A stretch of DNA of 64,000 bases from Chrysomallon squamiferum (GCA_012295275.1 CM022668.1:11780001-11844000), one strand, 5' to 3'. Counted from the first letter of the stretch, positions 33,548-51,427 are shown. Notes: generated by a model from the sequence alone, not told the origin. Translations and numbers: made by a program.

Positions 33548-34237
33548 TGCGAAAACGCTGAAACAATGATACCGTTATTATTCGTTGTACATGCACGAAG
33601 CATAACACTTCGTTGTCTATTTGGCAGAAAAGTTCAGAAAAGAAATTCGGAAAGTTGTCTTGAAAAGAGAAAAAAAAAAAAAAAAAAAAAAAATGGTTTC
33701 TCGTTAGCAGACGTGTTGTTAATGAGGTTTCTGTTTGGTTTCCTTGACAACTATCTTTGTAACTGACACCCCTCGGACTCTGTCTGGTTTATATTTCAGA
33801 TCGTCTGCTAGCCAAACAAAGTCGACCTTCTGCGCGTGCGGCGTAGATATTCATTCCATCACAAAGCAGAAGCCATTTTTTTTAAAACTAATTCACTTAT
33901 TATGTAACACTTAAAACAAGTTTAAAAGCACTTTAACCAAATGTTAATGGATTTTTCTCGCTTTTCCTGTCGAAGAAGACTTGAAGTTGCATCACTGTTT
34001 TGTTAAACAGATATGTTTCGTTTCGTTAAAAGGAAAATAAGATGCAGCTAAATTAACCTATATATTTCTGCTTGTGGTAGTAAATTTCTGGCGAGTAAGG
34101 AAAGCAAAGAAACCCGTGATTTCTGGAACGGTGATGTTAATTTTCGATTAACTAAGATCGTATATCATTTGATTTTAATTAGATGATTTATTTGTTATTT
34201 AAAATCTATAAGAATTAATTAAATTAATTAATTAATT

Positions 34238-34268
<31 letters not shown>

Positions 34269-34286
34269 GTGAAAGAAATTAATAAA

Positions 34287-34321
<35 letters not shown>

Positions 34322-34326
34322 ACGCA

Positions 34327-37536
<3,210 letters not shown>

Positions 37537-38221
37537 GAAAAATCATCCCAACTTGTCATTCATAAATACGTATATATATATATATATATATATATATGAG
37601 TATGATAGAGAGAGCTAGAGAGCATAAGAGCTTTCCTGGTAATAGCAATAATAACGAGGAGCTCGGTAATATTTTTTTTTTTTTTTTTTTTTTTTTTTCA
37701 GAAATCCCTAATTCCCAAACTCAGAATGTTACTCTAATGTACTGTATGTTTAATATCCACAATGAGATCAGATATCAGTTTATTTTATTAAGGGAATTTT
37801 TTTTTTTTTTGTAAAGGCGTCGTTGAAGATCTGAAAATAAAGCGAAATAGGGAAGTAGATAAAAATGGCAACTGAATGTTAGAAATAAAACATAATATTT
37901 AGTTCAGTTAAATTTATCTCTATTAAGGTCGTTATAGAGATAACACTTTACTGAATAGATCGTGCAAATTTGATAAAGATATCTCTTAAAAGAATTTTTT
38001 TGTGACTTAAGGCTGACTTTTCAAAAAAGTTTTAAAATAGCCTACATTCGGAATGTTGATTTTTGACAACTTTGAAGTAAGATATCTTTGTCATTGTTTT
38101 AGATTTCTTCAAACCCTTTGGGCGTTTTTTTCATTTGGGACTGAATGTCTTTCGATACATAAAATATTTCTTTATTTGACCAAAAAAAATAATAATAACA
38201 AAATAGTAATAAAAAAAAAAA

Positions 38222-38268
<47 letters not shown>

Positions 38269-38335
38269 ATGATAATAATAATTTTAAAAATGCGTTAGCA
38301 TTGCTACTGATAATCAGGACGGAAAGAAATTATAA

Positions 38336-39260
38336 TATGTTTTACACATTATTGTAAGTTATTGTTTTGTAAGTACATGTTTTACACATTATTGTAAATT
38401 ATTGTTTTGTAAGTACATGTTTTACACATTGTTGTAAATTGTTGTTTTGTAAGTACAGTTACTAATATTTTATCTATAAATGGTATTTTACATGCAGACT
38501 TGCATAATTTTACATATTGAAAAGATTCTGTCACTAAGGAATGTGCTGTTTATATATAAACTTATATTTTATACGTATTCTTAAAGTAGTCACTCCGATT
38601 ACAAATGTATGTTTTACATGTAAAATTGTATTCGTCACATATTGTAAAACTATATTGTTATTTTAAATATTTTATATGTTTGCCTATTGTAAAAATTACT
38701 GACATTTAGGTTTTAGTAAATATAATTTTACATTATATATTACCATCTGTTTTAAACTATAGCTTTTTTACATTTAGAATTATTTATGTTTTGTTTTTGT
38801 AAAATTATTTTATCTTTTAATAACAATGCTTTTACATTTTGTAAAATTATTTTGTTGTTTACAAATAATGCTCTTACATTTTGTAAAATTATTTTGTTGT
38901 GTACAAATAACGCTTTTACATTTTGTAAAATTATTTTGTTGTTTACAAATAATGCTTTTACATTTTGTAAAATTATTTTGTTGTTTACAAATAACGCTTT
39001 TACATTTTGTAAAATTATTTTGTTGTTAAAAATAATGCTTTTACATTTTGTAAAATTATTTTGTTGTTAAAAAACAATGCTTTTTTACATTTTGTAAAAT
39101 TATTTTATTGTTTAAAAAATAACGCTTTTATATTTTGTTAAATTATTTTGTTGTTAGAAAATGCTGATTTATAATAACAAATGATTTTTACATTTTGTAA
39201 AATTATTATTTTGTTTTACAAACCAAGCTTTTTACATTTTGTAAAATTATATTGTTTGAA
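38336..39260. repeat. 39-bp (x3) and 42-bp (~10x) AT-rich minisatellites
   Basis: ATGTTTTACACATTATTGTAAATTATTGTTTTGTAAGTAC at 38336-38460 and AATGCTTTTACATTTTGTAAAATTATTTTGTTGTTTACAAAT at ~38800-39260. Confidence 0.85.
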
Positions 39261-39500
39261 ATTAACATTCAAGTTTGTTTAAACAATTCGTTTTACATTC
39301 TCTAATTTTATCAGCGGATTTTTTTCTTTTGTTGTTGTTGTTCATGTTATTAACATAAATATAATTAATCATTATCTATTTATAAATATCGTAACCTTTA
39401 TAATTTATAAATTATTAAAACATTTCTTTTCATGTTTTAATCAAAAACTTAATAATAATTATTATTCCTGTCATTATTGTTATTATTATTATTATTATTA

Positions 39501-39562
<62 letters not shown>

Positions 39563-39663
39563 CATCTCAGTGTATTCATAGTTAAAAGATATTAGGAAAA
39601 TGTAATCTTATAGTTTAAATAAATTTAGTTTTCTTTTAACTGGAAATTTTGTTATTATTTACT

Positions 39664-39799
39664 GGATGCCATCCTTTACAAATAATAAAGTATGAAATAG
39701 GAACTAACGGGACAGTGGAGATTTACGAATGATCATAAATGTAATTAAACAATAATTAATTAACAACTGAACAAGAAAAAGAAAAACGGTTGCCTTTTT
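39664..39799 (+). repeat. Dispersed ~135-bp repeat, copy 1
   Basis: GGATGCCA..TTACAAATAATAAAGTATGAAATAG...GTGGAGATTTA..GATCATAAA...AATAATTAATTAACAAC...GTGCCTTT aligns with 44393-44529. Confidence 0.85.
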
Positions 39800-40204
39800 G
39801 AAATGGAAAAATAAACTAGTTAAATAGAATGCATAAAAACATAAACATATACACAGACACATATAATACACATACCCATGACATACACATACGCACAGAG
39901 TCGCAAAGATGTACAAAATACACACACGCATATTAACAGAAATATATACAGGCTAACCCAAAGACACGAACACACGCAATTGATCTTCAAAGGAAAACAG
40001 TATCTCCCTGAAGTGAAAATCTTCATCATCAATGCGTTAATTATTAATCAGTGCTAAGTTCACATCGGTTAAAAATAAATTAGTAAATAAATAATTACCC
40101 ATCTTTCCGCAGTTTTTTCTTTTTTTTTTTGTATGTATATGTGCGTGCATAGAATAAATATTAGCAACAGAAGAGTGCATCCAATTACTGACATTTTCAG
40201 GCTG

Positions 40205-40235
<31 letters not shown>

Positions 40236-40610
40236 TTATACATAATAATGCACTAATTGGTCTGTATAGTTTATCGATCGATCAAGGTGGATGTATAATT
40301 ATGGAAGTTCATGACGTACACGTTTAAACAGAAAGTCGTGAAGTTTAAACAGTAGCATATAATCAGCGGAGTCTAAAGGCGTGGCCACGTTGGGCCCCAG
40401 GGTCGAGATGGCCGTGAAATCCAGGTATTTGTGTGTTGCTTTCAGTATATATTTTGTTCGTGTTTGCGTGTTTGTATAATGTTAGGACCCACTCTGCACT
40501 GTTTTGGCAAAGATTCAGTAAAGCTACTAAAATGGTCCGAGCTTGTAATAACTAGTTCGAAATCACAAATACTTGCAGACGACTCGTGCAGATTTCGTTA
40601 TTTTGAACTT

Positions 40611-40649
<39 letters not shown>

Positions 40650-41124
40650 ATATGTGTGTGTGTTTTTATGTATGTATATAAGTGTGTCTGTATGTGTGTG
40701 TGTGTGTGTGTGTGTGTGGGGGGGGGGGGTGTATCAATATAAATACATTCTAATTTCAAACAATTATCCTGATGCACACATGTTTTTCACCTATCATCCT
40801 TACTACGTGTAAAAATAAACAAACATAAAACACGCAGAATTAACCAAATGTAAACTTTAACAACATGAACCAGAATTTCATTTCCAAGTTACGTTTCTGT
40901 ATTTCCATTTTAAGTTTAAACAGTGCGATTAATTACATACACATGTGCGATATGTTACATGCATATCGAAATCTATTAGCATAAACTATTTATTCAACAG
41001 GGATTATTTCAAGTGACAGTTACAGATAAATGTCCGCCAGATGCCGCCAGATGCCGCCAGTGACTGTCAAACATGCCATAAACAAGACGATTTAATTACA
41101 TTGTTTTGTTATTCAAATATTTCC

Positions 41125-41193
<69 letters not shown>

Positions 41194-41274
41194 CAAGGTA
41201 ATTAAAACGTAGAAGTATAATTATTCATTCCTGGTACGACCAATGTTTTCATTATTTGCAAAAATTTAAATTAG

Positions 41275-41340
<66 letters not shown>

Positions 41341-42318
41341 GTGAAATATATACCATACGTCTGCTTTATTATAAAATTCAGTTCTTTACAGGAGTTAAAG
41401 GATTACATAATTAGATTAACAATGAAGCAGGGAGGACGGAAATAGAAAAAGAAAAGAGGAAAGAAAGAAAGAAAAATGAGAGAAAAATGACGAAAATGTT
41501 ATGAATGGAACGCCCTATTTTAAATATTACATTATCGTGTGTTGTACCAAGTAGTATGAAACACATTTCTAATTTTCTAATTATACGGTAAATACAGTTT
41601 GCAACTGATTTATTATGTGAATCGCCAAAAATGGAATAAATTATCAACAAATGGTGCATTCTCTATTACACACAAGTAATCTCATTAATATTTATTTCAA
41701 ACATCGTTGTACTCAGGCGTCCTAAAGGGCGATAACTCTAAATCATCACCTGCAAGTTCCCGCAAGTTAGTTTTGTAAACATTTCGTTTAGTTTCGATTA
41801 GTTCATTAGTAATTTAAAAACTGAAAATAAGTGAATACTGCTGACCAAGGTGAAAATTTTATCATCGATATCTCCGGTAAGTGATAATGAAGTAATTATT
41901 GGAGTTAATGGGATTCGGATTATTCAGTTCGGTAGTGAAATTCCGTGAGTTTGACATTAAATGTACGAATGTCGAATGTATTCTGTAAAATTATATACAC
42001 GATACATGATAAATAAATAACAAATAAACTGAAATAACATGTATAAGGAAGTCATGGAAGATAACACATAATAGCACGCTACTGTAGACTTATTTCAAAT
42101 ATGGTTTTCTTTCATAAAATACATAAAGTGATAAAGAAATTACGAAAAAAAAAAAAAAAAAATTTTTTTTTAATAATAATAATAATAAAACCAAAAAACC
42201 ATCAACCCATATTAATATATGTAAATATATTTTAGTAATCAATAATTCATGTTCATGAATAATAACACATAATAGTCAAAAAACAGTTTTATTACAAAAT
42301 GATTATTAATCAAAAAAA

Positions 42319-42361
<43 letters not shown>

Positions 42362-42437
42362 TAATAATAAAACGTTTTGGAAATATTGTTTTTATTTAAA
42401 TGTATAAGCTCAGTTTCACATTAAAAATATAATTAAT

Positions 42438-42523
<86 letters not shown>

Positions 42524-42802
42524 CATAAATAGATAGATAGATAGAGATACAGATATATTTAAAATAAATTTTAACCAATGGTATTTTATCTAGGAATCAA
42601 AATATTTAATAGTTTTTCTCAGTGCATTTAAATATTTTTAAACACGTTTACACATAAATACATATAATGTATTTTTCATGTTTGCAATCTGACGGATCAT
42701 CAAGTCTTGATAGAAACAGTACATTTGTAGATTGTTTTGTTGGTTTCAGAAATCAAGATGTTTTGAAACTTTAGTTCATTATTTGCACAACCGTGTACCA
42801 AT

Positions 42803-42949
42803 ATGGGGGTACCAACCATTTTGCCCTATACCTGCATCTATATAGGTAAGTGCTGTTCTGCATTATTACTTGTTTGATTTTTAATTTGTTTATTTATTTA
42901 TTTAGTTATTTAATGTTGTTGTTGTTGTTAGCTTTCTTTTTCAATTATA

Positions 42950-43009
<60 letters not shown>

Positions 43010-43283
43010 TTTATTTTTATTTTATTTTTTTATTATTATTATTATTTTTATTTTAATATAAAATAATCAAATTGAAGGACTTGTGAAATATAATAATAAT
43101 TGTATATAATATTGCTATAATAATTGAAAAACTGCAACTTTAATCATTTCAACAGTAGAGTTAATTACAAATAAATAAATTAAGATGGACACCTAACAGA
43201 AAAATCAAATAGTGATAATTGTAATAAAAAAATATACTACTAATGATGATAATGATAATAATAATTATAATTATTGTTATTTA

Positions 43284-43337
<54 letters not shown>

Positions 43338-44187
43338 TTATTTTTTTTTTTTTTTTTTTTTGTTACATTTTTATTTATTATCATTGTTTTATTAGTATGA
43401 ATGTGTTATTTTTAAATTTTACATTTATTGTTGTTTTATTATGTTACATTTTTAAATGTATAAGCTCAGCAGTTCTGATTGCTTTTGTTGTTATTACTTC
43501 TGCTGAGAATACTATTATGATTATCTGTCATTGTTGTGGTGGTTGTTGTCATCCTTTACTTTTCAAGTATTTTCAACAAATAATAAAATGGATAAATGGC
43601 GTGCAGATAGAACTGACATGTGGATGTTTGGATAAACTCAGGACATACATATAATACAGTAGTATAACAGACAGACAGAGAGAGAGAGAAGCTAAATAAA
43701 TCTTAATTAGTCAACATTGTTGTGGCCTGGTTGGTTTCAGTTTATTCATCATCAACGCAGACGCTTACTACTGTTATTTTTATTATTGAAATACAAAGCC
43801 ATTTATTTGAACAAATGTTTTCTTAATCTTGATCAATTGTTAAATTTGTTTTATGGAATGTAAGGTTCTAAATCAAAATTTTTAATGGTCATTTCATATT
43901 CATGTAATATCTGGAGACTATAATCTTTTGATAGCAATGAAGAAGTAATAGAAATAGTATCATGTGGACCCCTGTTTGGATAAATAATTGGGATAATTTC
44001 ATAAATAGAATAATAGAATCAATGTTTTCAGTTCTGACTAAAACCATTTCAAGTAGTTGTATTAAAAAAATGAAAGGCTAGAAATATGAGTCTGGCCCAA
44101 GGCATAAAAATCATGTTAATTAGAGAGCGTAATATAGAAAGAAAAGAAAGAAAGAAAGAAAGAGGGAAATGATAGAGAAAGAGAAAG

Positions 44188-44252
<65 letters not shown>

Positions 44253-46418
44253 ATATAGAAAGTAAGAAAGAAAGAAAGAACGAGATAGGGAAATGATAGA
44301 GAGACAGAGAGTGAAAGAGGGATTAACAAAAAAAAAAATGAAATAAAATAAAATAAATTTGGGTTTCTTTGGCAGTTTTATTATTAATCACAGGATGCCA
44401 ACCATTACAAATAATAAAGTATGAAATAGAAAATAATGGGTCTGTGGAGATTTATGAACGATCATAAAATGTAATTTTAAGCAATAATTAATTAACAACG
44501 GTACAAGAAAAGGAAAAATGGGTGCCTTTATCAGTTTATAAAACCATAAAAAAATATAAACCAATTAAATGATAAACCCAGAAATACTATTTATCGATTT
44601 ATTTTTGAACAGATGCTTATTTTCAAGACATCTGCGCTGCAATGTGGCAGTGCGCCAACTGTCAATCAAACAGAGCAGCTTCGATAAAAAAACTTCAGAC
44701 TCTTTGGACTTCCTCATCAAACCCAAACCCTGTCCTTCCAGTACTGTCTGTCAGGACTGGCCTTGACCTTTTTCTCACAGTCAAGGCCTTTCCTCCAGGG
44801 TCAGAGGTCATAGTGTCAGCCATTAACATCCCGGACATGTCGACCATCTTGAAAGCGCACGGGCTAAAAATAGTTCCAGTTGATGTTTCCTTGGATACGA
44901 TTGCACCAAAAGTGGAGTTGTTAGAACAGCTGAGGTCAAAGAAAACTGTTGCCCTTTTGGTGACCCACCTTTACGGGAAGTGGTTCGACATGGAGCCTGT
45001 GATATCGTTTGCCGAAAAATACAATCTCACCGTCATAGAAGACTGCGCCGAAGGCTTCTGCGGCTTTAAAAGACTGGGTCACCCGAGAAGCGATATTTCG
45101 CTTTTCAGTTTCGGGCTCATCAAGTACTGCACGTCTTTTGGAGGAGCAGTGGCTAAAGTGAGAGACCAGGATGTCTACGAGTCCATGCTGAAGACATACA
45201 GACAATTCCCCGTACAGACTCATTCAAACTATTTCATGAAACTGTCGAAGTACGCCTTCATCTACCTCTTTCTCAACTGTCCAAGATTCATGAAGCCCAC
45301 TTACGCCTTTGTTCGCACCATTGGCATCAGCCACAACGCCATGAAAGCTTTCATCGTCGGCCTGAGTCGCGGATTTCCAGGCGATCTTCTCAGCAACATC
45401 CGCAAACAGCCTTCCGTGGCGTTGTTGTCGACGATGGTCCAAAGACAGTCGAGATTCTCCAATAAGGAAATCGACATGCATCGACTGAAAGGCGACTACG
45501 TCCATTCAAGATTGCCAGACAGCATCGAAGTTGTCGGAGGGAAGTCGGACATCAACAATTACTGGCTGTTTCCAGTTATTGTCGTAAGTTGTTAAATAAT
45601 TATTATTATTATTTTATTTTATTTTTTTTTGGTAAATTATATTTTAATGATTTGTCAGGTAAAGGTATGAACTAAATGGCCTAAATACACATTTTCTGTT
45701 CCTGAATATTTATTTATTTATGTTTATTTATTTATTTATTTATTTATTTCTGTTTATTTATTTATTTTTTTTTTTATTTATTTATTTATTTATTTTTTTT
45801 TTTTTTTTATTTATTTTTTTTTTTTTTTTTTTTTTTTATTTATTTATTTATTAGATACATGACAAGTCATAGGATCATTCCATGTCTGTCAATGTTGTTT
45901 TAGCATGATTTCCCATTCCAACTACTGAACAATTTGTGTTTTTTTCCATTAGATAGCAATTGCTGCCTCAACATCAAAGAGGTTGATAATTAAAATCTAA
46001 TCCTAACCTGACAGTGACTGTTAAGTATTTAAATATACACGTATGTGTGTGTTTTTATATAAATAGATACAGATACAGATATATATATAAATGGATATAG
46101 ATATAGGTACAAACATTTCAGGAAGATCCAGATAATTTCATGGAGACTTTGAACTCTCTTGGTGTCGATGCATATCGCGGGGCCACTCAGCTCAACCTTG
46201 TAGAACCAGAAAACGGGAAAGCGATGCTGCATCCAGCTGCCTCCATTAACCACCTGTACCCCCACGAAGCCAAGTACATCATCGACCACGTCGTCTACCT
46301 CCCAGTCGGCAGGAACATTCCATTTCACGCACTAGACCGGTTGCTGCACCTCGTTAGACTGGTTCTTAGCATGCGTAAACAGTCTTCAGGAGTAATGAAG
46401 TTACCAGCAAAACTTTGA
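42803..46418 (+). CDS. DegT/DnrJ/EryC1/StrS-family PLP-dependent aminotransferase-like protein (~436 aa) with C-terminal PTS1 (AKL)
   Basis: Exons 42803-42845 (MGVPTILPYTCIYI), 44613-45583 and 46122-46418 are in phase. Fold-type I motifs: GSEVIVSAINI, VPVDV, LLVTHLYG, VIEDCAE (PLP Asp), SFGLIKYCTSFGG (Schiff-base Lys), NYWLFPV, VYLP. Ends KLPAKL*. A probable UTR exon has its donor at 41876. Confidence 0.85.
44393..44529 (+). repeat. Dispersed ~135-bp repeat, copy 2 (in an aminotransferase intron)
   Basis: Diverged direct copy of 39664-39799. Confidence 0.85.
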
Positions 46419-46504
46419 TGTTTGTTTTGTTTTTTGTTTTTTTTTGAGTCAAATCTTAAAATCAAAATTATGAAAGTATTATTAGTATTATTATTATTTT
46501 TTTT

Positions 46505-47140
46505 ATTGATTTTTTGGTGCAAGCTGTGCAGAAGTATAACATATTGGTCAGGAACATTATGACAGAAATTAATTTTAACATAAATGGTCAAAAATTTTGA
46601 CTGGAAAATTATGACAGAAATTAGTATCTTTTTTTAATATATTTTTTTTGGTGCTGATTATTTGGTGCAAGCAAATCATAGAAGCTTAACACCAGCAAAA
46701 TTATGTCAGAAATTAATTTTGAGGTGAAAATAGAACTCAAATATTTTTACCTGGCAAAATTATGATAGTATCTTTTTTTTTTATTTATTTTTTTTTTTTT
46801 TTTTGTGCTGATTATTTGGTGCAAGCAAATCATAGAAGCTTAACACCAGCAAAATTATGTCAGAAATTAATTTTGAGGTGAAAATAGAACTTAAATATTT
46901 ACCTGGCAAAATTATTATAGTATCTTCTTCTTTTCTTTTTTTTTGTGTTGATTATTTGGTGCAAGCAATCATAGAAGCTTAACACCAGCAAAATTATGTC
47001 AGAAATTAATTTTGAGGTGAAAATAGAACTTAAATATTTACCTGGCAAAATTATGACAGTATCTTTTTTTTCTTTTTTTTGTGTGTTGATTATTTGGTGC
47101 AATCAAATCGTAGAAGCTTAACACCAGCAAAATTATGTCC
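46505..47140. repeat. ~140-150-bp tandem repeat (4-5 copies) just downstream of the aminotransferase stop
   Basis: Unit TGATTATTTGGTGCAAGCAAATCATAGAAGCTTAACACCAGCAAAATTATGTCAGAAATTAATTTTGAGGTGAAAATAGAAC...CCTGGCAAAATTATG, with variable poly-T linkers. Confidence 0.9.
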
Positions 47141-47457
47141 AAAATTTATTGATTTTTATTTATTTTTTATTTTTTTGGTAATTTTAAAAATTATTTATAG
47201 CAGGAAACAATTTTCATGTATTTAACATACCAGCAAAGTTCTGATACTATTTTTTCTGAAATTTTACAAATTGATCTGTAACTGAAAATCCCATATATTT
47301 GTCAGCACAATTTTGATAGTATTTTATAATATTTTTTTTATAATATGGTGCAAAAAACATTTTTAAAAAACATGAGCTGGTAAGATCTGGTTATAAAGGC
47401 AGAAATAAGTCGTTATGAGGTGGAACTGAAATTACATGATTTTTATATTATTATTAC

Positions 47458-47537
<80 letters not shown>

Positions 47538-47574
47538 TTATTTTTATTATTATTATTATTATTATTATTACTAC

Positions 47575-47613
<39 letters not shown>

Positions 47614-47720
47614 TATTAGTATTATTACTACTACTATTATTACTATTATTATTATTATTATTATTATTATATTATTATTACTATTATTATTATTATTATT
47701 ATTATTACTATTACTATTAT

Positions 47721-47754
<34 letters not shown>

Positions 47755-48115
47755 CTATTATTATTTTTATTACTATTGTTATTATTACTATTATTATTAG
47801 TAGTATTACTAATTATTATTACTATTATTATTATTATTGTTATTATTATTACTATTACTATTATTTTGTTATTATTATTCTTATTATTATTTCTAGTGAA
47901 CATCTTGTCAGAATATATTTGATGTATATTCATTTTATTGTTTCATGTTAAAATGTGAACTTGTTTTATTTGTTTCTTGAGAATATGTTGTTGATGGAAA
48001 CTAGCTTTTTCTAATAAAATTTGACAGTTTTTTTTATATATATATACACACACACACACACCAGATTAATCATGTGACATCTTAAAAATTATTTTAAATT
48101 ATTTATTTATTTATA

Positions 48116-48179
<64 letters not shown>

Positions 48180-48804
48180 TTGTACACTTTCACATTAAAA
48201 GTAAATTTTTGAGATTTTTAACACTAAACTTCATTGTGACAATTATATAGTTATTACAACACTATGTAAATTTTGGAACTACAATTTTTTATTTTTTTAT
48301 TTCACAGCTCATGTAAATTTCTTTAAATTCAAAAAAAATATAAAAAATAATAATAATAATTTCTTTAATGTATTATTGTTATTACAAATGCAGATATATT
48401 CATTGGTGGTTTTTTTTTTTTTTTTTTTTTTTTTTTCTTACATTTGGTATTTTGTTTAACTTTTATTCCCTGTAATTTCACTGTATGTTTCTATGTGTCT
48501 TAAATTTTGTGTATTTGTTTTCACTATTTTATTATTATTACTGATGTATATATTCAACTGGGATCTCACCTGTTTACTGCTGTTTATTTACTTTTGATAT
48601 ATAAACAGGTTTTTGTTTATGTACTTCTTTACATATTTCTTTTGATCTTTGTAAATGTTATTGAAATGACCCAATCATGCTTATATTTTAAAATTCTTTT
48701 GGTAGTTTTGAGAGCAGGTGTGTGAATATTAATCATGTTAATTAACGAATCTACATGTAATTAAATTACATTAAATAGATCACTTATGCAAATGAAAGAG
48801 GAAA

Positions 48805-49370
48805 ACTGATTTAAATAGACTTATTGTTTAGCATGATTGTAAAAGTGGACAGTTCAAAAGAGGTTGTAACTGAATTAATTTAAATAGACTTTCAGAAATT
48901 GATATAATAAAATCTATTTAAAGTGATTCCTAGAAAGGTAACTAAATTGATTTAAATAGACTTCTTCAAGATTATATGCAAAATAAATAAATAAATTTCT
49001 TTTAACATATGCTGAATGTGTTTAAAATGATTCCTTCAAGAAATGGTATAACCAGAATCTTAAACAGATTACTTAAAATAATGATGTAATCAAATCTGTT
49101 TAAACAAAACTCTTCAAGATGTTTAATAAATATATTTAAATTGACCATTGAAGATGTTGTAAATCAGTTTAAATAGATTATCTCAAATAGTGGAATTACT
49201 AAGTCTATTTAAATAGATTACTTCAAACATCAGTATCACCAAATCTTTATAAATAGATTATTCTAGATGAGATATAAATAGACTATTCTAGATGTGATAT
49301 AAATAGACTATTCTAGATGATATAAAAACAGACTATTCTAGATGTGAGATAACCAGCTCTATTTAAATTG
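48805..49370. repeat. Degenerate ATTTAAATAGA-cored array, including a 25-bp x4 block
   Basis: TTTAAATAGAC/T recurs about every 40 bp; AAATAGACTATTCTAGATG(T/A)GATAT occurs four times at ~49250-49350. Confidence 0.65.
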
Positions 49371-49710
49371 ACCACTATTCAATAGTTTGGTTCACTTTTG
49401 TGAGAAAAGTCAAAATGCATTTCAACTGATGTTGTTTTTGTTTCTTTATTGTTTGTTTTTTTTAAATTCTGATCATGTAAACACAGTACATAATTCTTTT
49501 CATATTTTAATTATTATGGATGTAAATATTTTTACTATAAATTGTAAATATTTCCTTGTTACTCTGTTACGTTTACAGTTTGATTTTATTAAGAACCACA
49601 GGGTTTTTGAATAATCTATTTTTATAACTTTTTAAACTCCACCATTTAAAAAACAAAAGAAAAAATTCTCCTTTCTTATTTTTATCTGTATTTGTATTTA
49701 ATTATTATTA

Positions 49711-49773
<63 letters not shown>

Positions 49774-50126
49774 TTATTATTATTATTTATTATTATTATT
49801 ATTATTATTTTATTATTTTTATTATTATTTTATTATTATTATTATTATTTTTTTTTTTTTTAATTGTTGAATTGTAATATTATTTTTTTCTTCTTTGTCT
49901 TCTGATATGCTGTATGTTTTAACAAGTGCTCATATAAAACCATTTGATAATTAATATTTCAGATGCACAGTGTATGTTATTTTCTGTGTATTTTCTGTAT
50001 ATAAATCGATCACAAATGTATATGTAAATATAACTCAAATTTCAAATATATATAACACAAAGTGTGACTGGTGATATGAATAAATGATCCAGTATAATTC
50101 CAAGTTATTATTTTATTGCTATAGGC

Positions 50127-50375
50127 AACCTAACTTTGCTAATAATAAAGTATAACAATATGAATAATACTGTTACCAAAGATCTGACTAAAATCATGAC
50201 ATCATATATATGATTGACTGATGGCTTCATTTTTTTATCTTTTTTATCTCAAAAGAAACTGCACTAAATTGGTATGTCCTGCATTTGATGATGTCATAAC
50301 TATAGAAAAACGACATCATAGATACTTTTTAAGCTGTAAAAACATTTGTTATACTTTATTATTAATAAAGATTGG
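50127..50375. mobile_element. Candidate MITE bounded by ~28-bp imperfect inverted repeats
   Basis: CTAACTTTGCTAATAATAAAGTATAACAAT (~50130) pairs with TTGTTATACTTTATTATTAATAAAGATTGG (~50346-50375). The same motif is dispersed elsewhere in the window. No TSD was identified. Confidence 0.5.
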
Positions 50376-50844
50376 ACAGCAAAAAAATATATAAACATAA
50401 CATGACTTGGAGTTATGTGGAATACATTTTCGTTAATAACCAAAGGTAAACTTTAATTCGTTGCTTACATATTTTACCAGAAATCTACCTGTTTATTTTA
50501 TTTGTATTTATTTCTTTTTTCTTTTAGTGTTATATTCTTATTTATATCACAACCAGTATTTGTTTGCTTGTATCCACAGACTAGGCACTCTATTATTGTG
50601 TTGAGAGTTTGATCTCTTTTATTTTAATCAGAGTATATTATTGTTTGTTATTCTGTTACGTTTTAACCAGTGTATAAATATTATTTATTATTCTGTTTCT
50701 ACAGGTTGTATTTGTATTAGTTTTTATTATTTGTTGCTTTTTGTGATAATTTTCATCTCACAGATACATAGGTTAGAGTATAGGTATATGAATGCATGCA
50801 TATGGATAGATAGGTATATGAACACAAATATATCTTATATCTAC

Positions 50845-50877
<33 letters not shown>

Positions 50878-51387
50878 AGCATATATATTTATATACACAG
50901 ATACACATACACACACAACAACACATGCATATGTACATACATTCATACATACATATATATGTTCATACATATATTCATACACGAATACACAATTATTTAA
51001 GACTTACTGTAATTTAGGGTATAAAAGGTTTCGAAGACCAAATCCACTTGATTTTTTTATCTTTTATTTTATTTCCCTGTGTTTTCTGCTCCCTGATAAA
51101 TGTACTTACATGAGCAGTTTGTGTTTCCTTGATGCAGTTTAATTTTTAAATTCTTTTTTAAATGTTTTTTTTGGTTGTTGTTTTTGTTCTTTTTGACTGT
51201 ACACTTCTACACTTCCCATGGATGCATCAGAAATTTAATATCTGAAATATTTTTTAAACTGTTTGAAAAGAATAAAAGTTTTATACATTAAGGAAGAGTT
51301 TTGTTTTTCATTTCTAATAGATGTAGAATCTGTATTCAAATGCATATACATACACACATACATACATACATACATACATACATACAT

Positions 51388-51427
<40 letters not shown>

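Noticed and set aside
44613-45583. Bacterial contamination as the source of the aminotransferase
   Set aside because: The gene has in-phase spliceosomal introns containing the same microsatellites and dispersed repeat as the surrounding DNA.
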